NCBI RefSeq assembly: GCF_001194135.2
Contig: NC_068989.1
Coordinates: forward strand, 22,364,072-22,428,071
DNA length: 64,000 bases
Reading direction: 5' to 3'
From: Octopus bimaculoides
Taxonomy: Eukaryota
A program made the position numbers and the translations under genes. A model generated the notes under the pieces. The model searched no databases. It saw only the letters and a list, made by a program, of their open reading frames with translations, and was not told where the DNA came from. This document shows positions 37,418 through 51,000 of the stretch, in pieces. Each line of letters opens with the position of its first letter. The stretch's first letter is position 1.

Positions 37418-40400
37418 TGTGTCTGTCTGTGTTTGTTCCCCCACACATCACACTTGACAACTGGTGTTACTATATTTATGTTCCCATAACTTAGCGGTTT
37501 GACAAAAGAGACCGATAGAATAAGTATTAGACTCAAGAAATAAGTTCTGAGGTCAATTTGTTCAACTAAAATCTTTCAAGGCAGTGCTCCAGCATGGCCA
37601 CAGTTAAATGACTAAAACAAATTAAAGAATAAAAGACCATATGTATGCATGTATAAATATGTGCATGTATTATGTGTCTCTGACCATGTTTCTTGATGTA
37701 AATGAAAGAATACAAAAAAAAAACAAAAAAAAAAACAAATTGGTGGTTGTGACTTATGTTGCATCCAAAAAGGATGACTTTGTGCGTTGACACAATATGT
37801 ACCAAAGTGCAATAGATACTGGAACCAATATGATCAACTAAAACACTTGAAAGTAATACTCCAGTATTTGCTGTCCAGTGTCTGGAACCAGTAAAAGAAA
37901 TGAAAATAACAGATTATAAAAAAAAGCAACAGAAAATTGTTTATGCTATGATTCAGCATAGCATAATTTTTACATAATTTACATAATTTTTTTACATAAT
38001 TTTTAGCATATATTTTACACTTAATTTGAAAATTTCAAAAAGTGAAGCCAAACAGAAAAGATCTGTGCCATCTAAGAAGCACTGGTGTTAGTGCCACATA
38101 AAAAGCATTGGTGCTGGTGCCACATAAGAAACACACAGTACACACTGTAAAGTGGTTGGCGTTAGGAAGGGCATCTAGCTGTAAAAACCAAACCAAAGTA
38201 GACTATGGAACCTGGTGTGGATCCTAACCTTTCCAGCTTCTGTCAAACTGTCCAACCTATACCAGCATGGGAAATGGACATTAAATGATGATAAAGAAGT
38301 TACATAGATTGTGACCTTTAGTAAAATTGAAATTTGCACTCATATTCTTGAATTAAATGCATTACAACTGGATACACCTTCATAAAGATTTCTATGTATG
38401 AGATGGGTGTAGTCAGGTGAATCACTCACAGAGGTTATTGAACTCAAGAACATAGAGAGATGAAGCTAAAGTAATGCAAGTCTGACGCCTTGCTATTTTT
38501 ACCATTGCACAATTGTTTAGGATGGAGATGGCATGACCATAAGAGAGAAAGAGAGAGAGAGAGGTGGAACACACACATCACTATTACCACTCCCTGAAAC
38601 TACACCAGCATACCTCTTGCCAATCCTCACACCACACCACACCAACACACCTCTTACCAACCCTCACACCGCACCTCGCTATTCCCTCACTATGATAGGT
38701 AATTTATCAGCATGGACATATCACTGAAGACTGCGTCTTTGGATTTGCATGTGACATGTTGCTGGCAAATAAATTCGGGTTAATTCCATCTTAATCTTGC
38801 TTAAAGACACCTGGTGTTCCTGGAGTTAATAATAGAGTCTTTATTGAGACAGAAATACAAAGAGACTGCAAGTGAGAGACGTCAACAACTGCAGCCAATC
38901 CACTCTCCCACCACCACCACCACCTGTTGCTTCTTAGCAAATTGATTCCTTGGATTACAGCTAACAAACACGGTTTTATGCTTATTAGTGCCACAGGGAG
39001 CAGCGATGGTGATGGTGGAGATGGTTTTGTTGGTGATGTTACAGGCAGTGGTGGCAATGATAGTGGTGATGATAGCAGTGGTTTTGGAGGCGATGGTGAT
39101 GTTGGCAGCAGTAGTGGTGATGGTAGTGTTGATGGCAGTAATGGCGGCGGTGAAGGTGGCAAAAGTAGTGGTGGTGGTGATGATGGTGGTGGAGATGATG
39201 GTGTTGGTGACAGTAGTAGTGGTGGTGATGATGGTGGTGGAGATGATGGTGTTGATGACAGTGGTAGTGGTGGAGATGGTGGTGGAGGTGATGGTGTTGG
39301 TGACAGTGGTAGTGGTGGTGATGATGTTGTTGGTGACAGTGGTAGTGGTGGTGGTGATGGTGTTGGTGACAGTGGTAGTGGAAGGTGGCGATGGCGGTGT
39401 TTACTGTGGTGATGGTTTTGTTGGTGATGTTAGACGCAGTAACAGCAGTGGTTTTAGTGGTGTTGGTGATGGTAATAGTTGTGGTGTTGGTGATGGCAGT
39501 AGTTACGGTGGTGGTGATGGCAGTAGTTGCGGTGGTGGTGATGGCAGTAGTTGCGGTGGTGGTGGTGGGTGATGGCAATGGTGACAGCTGTAGTGGTTCT
39601 GGTGGTAGTGGTAGGAGTAGCTGTAGTAAATAACAATGATATCAGCAATGCTAATACTGGAGGAGATAGTAGTAGTGGTAGTGATTGTTGTAGTGGTGGT
39701 AGTAATAGTAGTAGTGGTGGTGGTGGTGGTCATGGCAGTGATGGTAGAAGTGGTTAGTGGTGATGCTGCTGTAGGTGACAAATGTGATAGTGGTGATGGT
39801 ACTGATACTGCAGTGATGCAACTACTGGCGGTTGTGGGTATGGTGGTGGTGGTGGTGGTGATGGAAGTGGTGCACACAAGTTTCAATGACACTGAATAAT
39901 AACTCAAGAGGAAACTTTAAACAGACACTTAATGGATGTGATATTTACTATGAAATAACATAATGATAAAGCGGTGAGCTGGCAATATTGTTAGTATTCT
40001 GGGCAAAACGCCAAGCGGCATTTCATCTGTCTTTACATTCTAAGTCCACTTTGCTTTTCAGCTTTTCTGGTTATAATATCATTTTCAGTAATCTTAAATC
40101 TTATCTTTAAACAACATAACAATGTTGTTTATATACAATCATCCATAGTACCCCATGATAATTTCCTCTGTATTAACATCTAAGGTTTTATTAGTGCCTT
40201 GCCCCTTTAACTGGTAATTAACATCTTGATTTGAAGTCTTCCCCTACCCAACCTCCTTTATAGACAATTACTTATACAAACCCTAAAATCCTGACAATAT
40301 TTAAGACCATACCCAACTATTAACTGTCAACTCACTCCTGCCCTTCATTCTAAACAGACACTGCCCTCTAGCCTTAGATTTGGTAGTTGATAAAAAAAGA

Positions 40401-40708
40401 CTAATAAATTAAAAATGAACCACAATCCTTTATAAGCTATGACCTTAACAAACTTCATACAGTTCTTAGAAGTGTAGTAAATTTTTAGTCACATTAGTAG
40501 CAACATGGACTCTTTTCCTCTTCTTGCTCTATTAGAGAATTGGAGTAAAATTATATTAATGTGTCCAACTGATTAAAAATTCTTTTTATTTATGCAGCTG
40601 AAGATAGCCCTGCATTTAAATTGATGTAATGATTGCATTGTTCAATTAAATGGACCCGCTTGAAACGGTCATACTGCATCACCTCTTGATATCCTGTCGT
40701 TTATTTTG

Positions 40709-40747
<39 letters not shown>

Positions 40748-41965
40748 GGCGTCTTTCAGTTTCTGTCTACCAAATCCACTTACAAGACTTTTGTTGGCCC
40801 AGACCTAAAGCAAAAAAAAAACACTTGCCAAAGGTGCCACACAGTCAGACTAAACCTGGAGCCATGTGGTTAGAAAACAAACTTTTCATTACATAACCAC
40901 ACCAACACACACCTGTTATATATAAGTGGTGGTATGCTGAGCGATTAGGAAGCTTGCTTCCAAACCATGTGGTCTTGAGTTCATTTCCACTGTAAGGCAT
41001 CTTGTGCAAGTTTCTTCTATAGCCTTGGACCAACCAAAGCCTTGATATTTCATCTTTCAAACATTCATTTGCCATTAACACTTTAAATGTATTGTTTACT
41101 ATTTAAATGTACTGTTTACTAACAGCTAATTTTTCTCGGAAACTAACTGATTAAATTAGGATAATTATTTCTAATTCCTCATTTCTCTAGTTTAATTTCT
41201 CATCCGCCATAAACACTATCAATGTATTCTATACTAAACACTCCTGCTACTTTCGTTCCTCGTACCATTTCCCCTAAACTAGCTTCCGGTTGCATCTATC
41301 TGTTTAAAAATCCTTGTCCCATGTGCTCCCTACCATTCAATTCTCTCATGTATTCTTGCCCAGTTGCCAAAGGATGATTATGCATTGCTAAGCTAAGACT
41401 CGCTTTTTTTCGATCTTTCATCTATTCATTCGCCATTAACACTTTAAATGTACTGTTTACTAACAGCTAATTTTTCTCAGAAGCTAACTGATTAAATTAA
41501 GATAATTATTTCTAATTCCTCGTTTCTCTAGTTTAATTTCTCATCCACCATGAACACTATGAATGTATTCTATACTAAACACTCCTTTTACTTTCGTTCG
41601 TTCCTCGTACCATCTCCCCAAATTAAACTTGCCTGTTCCCAGTGCACCCNNNNNNNNNNNNNNNNNNNNNNNNNNNNNNNNNNNNNNNNNNNNNNNNNNN
41701 NNNNNNNNNNNNNNNNNNNNNNNNNNNNNNNNNNNNNNNNNNNNNNNNNNNNNNNNNNNNNNNNNNNNNNNNNNNNNNNNNNNNNNNNNNCCCTGTCCCG
41801 CCCCCACCCCACCACCAATAATGGATATCTCGATCTTTATCCCGATCTTTATCTATCTTCTCACCATCTACACCGGATATCTCTCTCTCCTCCCATCACT
41901 GTTACCTGATGTCTCTTCTCTCCACTGCTCCTCCTCACTGGGCTGTTCTCTATATATTACCTGCA

Positions 41966-42008
<43 letters not shown>

Positions 42009-45000
42009 GACATATGCAACTTACTCAGTTGCCCACCTACTTACCAGCTATCTTTCCTTTCATTCTGTGTTGTGATCTCTCGCCACCATTACCAGATGTC
42101 CCTTCTCTCAATCCCCCTTCCTCACTGGTGCTGTTCTCTATACTACCCGAAAAACGCAACTAAGTCAGCTGCCTACCTACTTAACTGACTATCCTTCATT
42201 TCGTTTCATCCCATCTAGAAATATTCCAACAACTTCCCAGTAACTTTTTTCCATGCACATATCAAGTGAAGGGCTGTATGTATGTGCTTGTTGGCCTGTG
42301 TTCGTGTGCGTGCGTGTATGTATGGATGAACTTGCTTCCTCTATCTCTGTATGAAATCATCTCCGCTCTTATGATGACCATAATGCTTATACTCACAATG
42401 CCACTGACACGTAATCTTACCTCCAGTAGGGGCTACAGTCTTAATCCTAACACGCTTGAATGTTTGAATGATGTCAGGTCGGAAGTGAGAACAGATGAAG
42501 CATGCCTAAAAAATGAATACGACAACCTCCCTCTTCTTTTCAAGCACTGAATAACATCTCTCCTCCTCAGCCCACATTCCTTTCCCAGTTTTCAGAGTTG
42601 GCACAGTCAATATAGGCACACGGAAAAGTAGGTCTAGTGAGATTGTAGAGATGCTTGAAAAGAGACGTGTCAATGTATGCTGCATACAAGAGGTAAGATG
42701 AAGAGGAGCTTCAGCTAGGGTCCTCACAGGCAAGGCACATAAGTACAAAATCTTCTGGCAAGGTAACATGGATGGAGTGGGGGGGATGTAGGCATACTCC
42801 TTGTGGAGAAATGGGTAGATAAAGTCATAGAGGTTGTCAGGGTGTGTGATAGAGTGCTTAAGCTCAGGCTAGTCCTGCAGAACAGCATAGCTACACTTAT
42901 CTCTGCCTAAGCCCCACAAGCGGGCCTACCAGATGATCAGAAGGACCATTTTTATGATACCCTTCTACAAGCTACCTCAAAGACAAGTGGCAATGACCTC
43001 ATCTTTGTGGTTGGAGATTTTAATGGGCATGTTGGATGGCAATCTAGTATCTTCACTGGTGTACACGGGGATCATGGTATTGGTTCCCGAAATGATGAGG
43101 GAACTAGGCTACTGGAGTTCTGTGATGCCTGTAACCTTTTAATCTGCAACACTAATTTCAGGAAATCAGACAGCCACCTGATAACCTATCAATCAGGTGA
43201 CTCTGCTAGTCAGATTGATTTCATCCTTACTAGATAGCAGGACACGGGGTTACTCTTAAATACAAAGACCCTCCTGGGTGAAGAATGTACCCCCCAGCAT
43301 AAGCTAGTCATTAGTGACTTTAGGCTTGAGGCCAGAAGGATGCCAAGAAGCAGACCAATCCAGAAGAGAAGGATTTGGAAGCTAAAGAACCCTTCACATG
43401 GTCAGAGATTTAGGGACATCCTCATCAAGAAATTTGATGAGAGGGAGGAGGAACTATAGACATCGGACATAGAAGGTAGCTGGAGATTCCTACAGGACAG
43501 CTTGCTGAGTGCCACAGACCATGTCTGCGGATGGTGCAAAGTCCCTTCCAGACCGAGAATTACATGGTGGTGGAATAGTACAGTAGACAAAGCCATTAGA
43601 GCAAAGAAACAGGCCTGGAAAGCCTGGAAGGGTGGGGGTAGCAAGGAACTGTACCAGGTAGCCAAAAGGGAGGCTGGACAGCAGGTGTACATAGCCAAGG
43701 GCGAAGCAGAAAAGAAATTTGCCAATGTTCAGCCACATGAGGACCAAAGAACTGAAGTATTTCGAATTGCAAGACAGTGTCTGAGAGAAAATTGTGATGT
43801 CACAGGAGAGAAATGTTTCCACATGGATGATGGTGCACTTGCTTTTAATGATTCTGAAAAGAAAGAAGTTTGAAGAAGCCATTGTGAAAGACTGCTGAAC
43901 ATGGAGAATGAATTGGAGGAGGAGAGCCTGCCAGATGTTGACCCAGTAGAGAGAACAGCTATCCGAATAGACATCTCCCTGGTAGATAAAGCAATTAAGG
44001 ATATGAAGCCAGGAAAAGCCCCTGGCCCATCAGGAATCACTGCTGAGATGCTTAAAATATCTGGTGGTGTGGGCTATGGCCTAGTCACCCAGGTAGTCAC
44101 CAGGTAAGCCAGGTAGTTCATGATAGAGTCATAACCAATGACTGGCATAGCAGCATCAGAGTCAACTGCTACAAGGGTAAAGGTGATACTCTAGATAGAA
44201 ATAACTACAGTGGTATCAAACTGCTGGATCAGGTGATGAAAGTTACAGAGAGTGTCATAGCCCAACTAATTAAGGAGAGAATTTGCTTAGATGAGATGCA
44301 GTTCGATTTTGTGCCAGGTAGCAACACCACTGATGCCATATTCCTGGTTCAACAACTGCAGGAGAAATACATAGCTAAAGATAAACCCCTATACTTAGCT
44401 TTTGTGGACTTGGAGAAAGCCTTTGACAGGGTCCCTCAATTCCTTATCTGGTGGGCAATGCAGAAACTGATAGGCCCTATACAGAGAGGCCGTTAGTAAG
44501 GTTAGGATCGGCAATGAGTATAGTGAAGAATTCCGGGTAGAAGTAGGGGTCCACCAAGGATCAGCCCTCAGTCCCCTTTTATTCATCATAGTCCTCCAGG
44601 CAATTAGAGAGGAATTCAAGACGGGTTGCCTCTGAGAGCTCCTCTATGCTGATGACCTGGCCCTCATAGCAGAATCACTACCAGAACTAGAGAAGAAATT
44701 TCAGTTGTGGAAGCAAGGTTTAGAATCAAAAGGCCTTAGAGTCAATGTAGCAAAGACCACTAGAATAAGAATGGCCTGGGCAATATTTAGAAAGCTTCTA
44801 CCCCTGCTGGTGACAAAGGGCCTCTCACTCAGAGTGAAAGGTAGATTGTATAATGCATGTGTGCGAACTGCCATGCTTCAGGGCAGTGAAACACGGGCTG
44901 TGACTGCGGAGGATATGCGTAGGCTCGAAAGAAATGAAGCTAGCATGATCTACTGGATGTGTAATGTCAGTGTGCACACACGACAGAGTGTAAGTGCCCT

Positions 45001-48000
45001 GAGAGAAATGTTAGACATAAGCATTGGATGTGGCGTGCAAGAGAGACGTTTGTGCTGGTATGGTCATGTACTACAGATGGATGAGGAGAGCTGTGTGAAG
45101 AAGTGCCACTCCCAAACAGTTGGAGGAATCTGGGGTAGAGTTAGACTCAGGAAGACATGGGATGAGATGGTCAAGCATGACCTTCAAGCATGACCACATA
45201 ACCAACCCCAGCCCATTCAAATGTACCTTGGATCATAAGACAACCTGCTGTGCTTGAGGAGACCTACATCAACATCAAAATGAAAATCAAATCGAAATTG
45301 TAGTTGTGATACCTGTGCCGGTGGCACCTAAAATGCACCATCTGAACGTGGCCGATGCCAGCACTGCCTTGACTGGCTTCTGTGCCAGTGGCTTGTAAAA
45401 AGCACCAACCAACCGTGGCCGTTGCCAGCCCCCTCTGGCCCATGCCAGTGGCACGTAAAAAGCACCCACTACACTTAGAGTGGTTGGCGTTAGGAAGGGC
45501 ATCCAGCTGTAGAGACCATGCCAGATCAGACTGGAGCCTGGTGCAGCCTCCTGGCTTCCTAGACCCGAGTCAAACCGTCCAACCCATGCAAGCATGGAAA
45601 ACGGACGTTAAACGATAATGATGATGATGATATTTGTGTGTATGTGCTTGTATGCAAGTGTGCACATGTGTGAGTGCACCCATTGTGTGTCTTGACATCA
45701 CATGATAGTTGTAAATGAACGTCCATGTTGTTTTTTTCTCAGTGCCAATAAGGGCAAGTATGTTGTGAACACTTCATACACACTTCTCAGCAAGTTCACA
45801 AATTGCTCACAGGCATAAGAACCAGAGGGATAATCTATATTACATTAATTGTACTTGAAAAAAAAAAAAAAAGCAAATAAAAGGATATAACTAAATTTAG
45901 TCCAGCACTGTACCAGTTCTGCTGTTTACTGCTCTATCAAAGACAGAAAGCTAGAGACAGCCGCAAATACTTTCAAGTTAGATGGTATTCGTGCAAAGGC
46001 TTTTTTATATAGTACTGGAAAAAGTAGCTTCCACTTGATTAAATTTTTAAAATGCCATTATAATTTTAAAATATCATTACACTGAAGGAATTAAAAAATT
46101 TCTTTTCATAGTTTACGCAGAAGTCATTGCAAATGAGAAGTGTTGAAGTATTTCATCATTTGTGGGATTAACAAGGTCTCAGAAAGTGAACAGCTCAAGT
46201 TGAAAGACATCAAAATAACAGGAAGGTTTATTTTGAAAACATACAGTACAGTGTCTAGGGAAAGTCATTATACTAATACTATTAACACATGCACTGGTGT
46301 TCAGTTCCACTTCTTTATTATTAATCAACTGGTTAAACATCAAACTAACTAATCGATTTAGTTCGTTTTTGTATTAGGTTTGCAAGATTCTGAAGGTGAA
46401 TTTGTGTGTTGAAGCATTTTTTGTTGTGTCTGGGGAGAGTCATTCTGTTTTGATGCCTTATTAATTAACACACTTGTCAGTTCAATTTCCACTAATTTAC
46501 TTATTTATATTTTCTAAAATTTTTCATTGCTTCTTGCAACCTCTTCAATAGTTGTTGACAGTCACTTGTTTACTTATTTATTTTTAGAAAAAAAATTGAG
46601 TGGAAATCGAACCGGTGAGTGTGTTAATTAATAAGGTATTGAAACAGAACGACTCTCCCCAGACACAACATAACTAATCAACTGTTTGTTTAATTCGCTT
46701 AAACAGTAAGTCATTTTTTTTGTTTGTCAAAGCTCTTTCATTGCTACTTGCAACCTTTTCAATTACTTAATTAGTTGGATATTTAACCAATTGACTAATA
46801 ATAAAGGAGTGGAATTGAACCAGTGCGTGTGTTAATAATATTGGTATAATGACCCTCCCTAGACACAACAAAATTTGTTTCAACACACGAATTCACATAA
46901 AGAATCTTACAAACCAGATACAAAAATGAAATGCAGTACAATGGTTATAGCCACAAGCATCATCAAAGAAGCATAGGTACTCTTTACAATCTGAGTTCAA
47001 ATTCTGCTGAGGTCAACTTTGCCTTTCACCTTTTTGGGGTCAATGAATTAAGTATCTGTTGAGCACTGGGGTTGATGTAATCGACTGTCACCCTCCCCAC
47101 AAAGTTTCAGGCTTTCTGCCTATATTCTCTTTCACCAATAATTCGAGGTTTAATGTGTTAGCTATAAATGGATTTATCTGAAAGAAACAGACAGAGGGTA
47201 GAGGGAAGAAAAGCTCTACATCATTGCTTGACCTGCTAGAAATAACAACCAAATGTCCCTCATATGATACTCTTTGAAAAAACAAAAGGAACATTATAAT
47301 GAAGTCCAAAATACACTATATCTCAAAAAACAGATGAGATGGTCATGGGAAGAATACGCTTGATCATAGATCAGCTAGATCAAGGATGAACTAGTTAGTG
47401 AGAGAAAGAGGGGAAGAGAGATAGAGAAAGGAAGAAACAGCACTATCACAACAACATCAACAACAACAAATTCTGTATTTAATTCCTTATAATCCATTCT
47501 CAAAGTATCTTTTAATTAATCACGCTCAATCTTTTCCCTCTAAGTACCTCATTTCTTTCCTCCTCTCTCTTTTCCTTCTCCATGGCTTTTACTTTCTAAA
47601 CTTCCATTTTTTATTAATTCTACCTGACATTTTCTCCCCATCTCAGACTTCCCTTTCTATCAAGTGTCCATTTGTTACTCCCACAACCCAACTGACTCTC
47701 TCTCTCTCTCTCCCTCTCTGCTATCCTCCTCCTTTAACTTTCAACTAATCAATTTCTTGCCTGTCTTTTTGGCTTATGTCTCACCATTTCAATTCCCCTC
47801 TCTTTATTTTCACTAAAGAACTTTCCTCTTCTAGTTCCTCCTCTCTTGTTCTCTTACCATGTTCTACTCCATAATTTTGTGCTTCAGGCTAGAGGTATTT
47901 CAGCAAACCACATATTTCTATATTTCTGTTTAAATAATTCTTTAAACAGCTAACAAGCTAATCTTTTCCTAATCTCAAGGACATAGAGGGACCAGTGCTT

Positions 48001-51000
48001 ACCTTCAGAGATTGCTGGCATTATTGTTTAGCACCAAGTCAGTCCAGATTGAGCCAATCTATAATCAAAAGTATACCAACTATGGCTATCCTATTTTTAT
48101 TCAGTGCTTCTAAGACTAAATTACCTTGTATGTACTTCCCATTTTCAGATATTAGAATGATATTTGAGGGAGATTTGGTTACTGTTACTAGCAAGTTGAG
48201 TGATCATGACTGTACTGCAAAGTTGCAGAGAGATAAATCTTTCCATAACTTGAATACAACCATTTGGTCTATCATAGTTACATTTTCTTTTCTTTCCTCA
48301 AGAGAAGTATTAAACTTATCTTCATAGTCTATGATCTCCTTTACTGCACAACATTGCTATTAGTCACCATGCTGAATTATATTATCAGTAGTACCTATTT
48401 ATATCACAATTGACTCAGCTACTAAGAGCTAATGGTCTTGATCATCAACATTATGTTGTGGTCAGAGTCAGTATTTGATCCTCTACTCCCTATATAGACA
48501 GAATCTTAAGATTTACTGCAGGTAGAGGAACTGTGTGATGTTCATCAAATACCTTTTGTAAAGTATTCTCATTAGCAATAATTTGGTTTCAAATTTTGGT
48601 ACATGGTCAAGAATTTTAGGGAAGGGGTTAAGTAGATTAAATTGACCCCAGTGTTCAACCAGTACTTATTGATCCTAAAAGGATGAAAGACAAAGTCAAC
48701 ATTGGTGGCACTTGAACTCTTTGAAGATACAACCAGAGGAGATGCCAGTAAGCATTTTGTCCAGGGTGCTAACAATACTGCCTGTTTGTCACCTTCATTA
48801 ACAGTAATACAATAATATTGAAGTATCAGAAGGTACCAAGGGGAATATAAAGGAAATAGGAATAGAGTGCCCGGTAGAACTGTTACAAAAGGTTTGCCAC
48901 CTTGGTACGGCCAGAATAATCAGGAAAGTATTAGACAGCCGAAAAGACTGGATAGCATGGTACCGTAGGCTGCAAGTAGCAAGCCCGCTATGCATGCAAG
49001 ACTCCAACAAAATCTGTGATAAAGAGAAATATTAACGATAATAATAATAACTGTTTCTATTATAGGCACAAGGCTTGAAATTATGTGAGGAGAGGTTAGT
49101 CAATTACATTGATCGCAGTGCTCAACTGGTACTTATTTTGTTGACTCCAAAAAGATGAAGGACCAAGTTGACCTCAACAGTAAAGGAAATGAACAATTAA
49201 TGAAAATCTCCAAATTATATTTTTTCAAAAAAGTTAATTTAAAAAGCAAAAAAAAAAAGTTTCAATCTAAAACTTTTCTTTTTCCTTCTATTAGCTGTTC
49301 AAGTTGTTAGAAATAATTAATTCAAGTGAATATTTGACTAAACTAAACTACAATAGTTGTTACAAATACATCAAAAGACAACCTAGACCAGCATCAAAAC
49401 AACAACAATAGCAAAAACAAAAGTGTTAGCCACTATATTCCAAAAGTGATCAGTTCAAATCTTACTGACAGATACAATACTATGTCTTAAACAGTAATAG
49501 AAACAACTGGACAGAATGAGTACTAACTACAGGTCTATGAAAAAAACTTGATATACTGTATGTTGACAACCAGAGTGTTGAGTGCCTATATGGTGTGGAT
49601 TATGTATCAATAAATATTATAACCTTGCATCTAATTGCATTTAGTCTTACTGAGAAAAATTTAAGGCCCATAAGGGTAAGTTTTGTAGTCTGATGTGCAA
49701 ATTGAAGTGACAAATTTCATTGTTATTTAACACCTTAGTCAGGATTTGTTCACCTCTCTCTCTCTCTCCCAAGATACTGAGATAAAGTAGTACAAGACTT
49801 ATTAAAATGAAACCTCATCTATTGACAACTACCCTCCCATTTCCACTCTCAAATGATTATAAACACTGAGTGCAACTCGCAGCTAATGAGTGTAAGAGTG
49901 TAAGTGATGCTTTATCCAGATGCTGAGTTGATGTGATGATTTACTTAAGGAAGGCAACTTTTATTACTTGATGATAATGATGGTGGTGGTGGTGGTGGTG
50001 GTGGTGGTGCTGATGATCATCATGGTAGGAGGGTTGAGATGAAGATGATGGTGGTAGTGGTGGTGTTGTTGTTGGTGGTGGTGGTGTTAGTGTTTGGTGG
50101 TGATGGTAATGTTGATGATGATGCTGCTGCTGCTCCTGATGATGATATTTCATTGTTGTTGAGCTCCTTCAAGTTCTCACCACAGCTGCCACCCCCATCA
50201 CTTGACTGACTAGAAACTGTCTGTAACAATTCATCTGCCTAAAGGTCTAGTAATAAATAACTCTGAAATAACATACTTAACTACCAATGCAAGATTAGTG
50301 AATTAGGTCAGTGTTACTAAAAAAGCAGAAAACAAATATACCATAGAGATTCTATGTTGGAGAAATCTGGTCTTACTTAAGACCCTGGCATGAAGATTAT
50401 TTTTAATATTGCTTAAGCACATTACAGACACACATTACAGCTTTATGTCTCTTTCGCTCTCTTTCTATATATATATATCTATATATCTATTTATCTATCT
50501 ATCTATCTATCTATATATATATATATATATCTATATATCTATCTATCTATCTATATATATATATATATATCTATATATCTATCTATCTATCTATATATAT
50601 ATATATATATCTATATATCTATATATCTATATATANNNNNNNNNNNNNNNNNNNNNNNNNNNNNNNNNNNNNNNNNNNNNNNNNNNNNNNNNNNNNNNNN
50701 NNNNNNNNNNNNNNNNNNNNNNNNNNNNNNNNNNNNNNNNNNNNNNNNNNNNNNNNNNNNNNNNNNNNNNNNNNNNNNNNNNNNNNNNNNNNNNNNNNNN
50801 NNNNNNNNNNNNNNNNNNNNNNNNNNNNNNNNNNNNNNNNNNNNNNNNNNNNNNNNNNNNNNNNNNNNNNNNNNNNNNNNNNNNNNNNNNNNNNNNNNNN
50901 NNNNNNNNNNNNNNNNNNNNNNNNNNNNNNNNNNNNNNNNNNNNNNNNNNNNNNNNNNNNNNNNNNNNNNNNNNNNNNNNNNNNNNNNNNNNNNNNNNNN

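Noticed and set aside
38791-39907. Many long ORFs (up to 194 aa) on both strands
   Set aside because: They come from GGT/GAT trinucleotide low complexity; no splice signals or domain content.
50160-50240. [11 protein letters not shown] frame resembling the PDE9A 'EELIQSVLAQ' segment
   Set aside because: Weak splice sites, it runs into a simple repeat, and it lies between two exons that already join in phase; likely chance.
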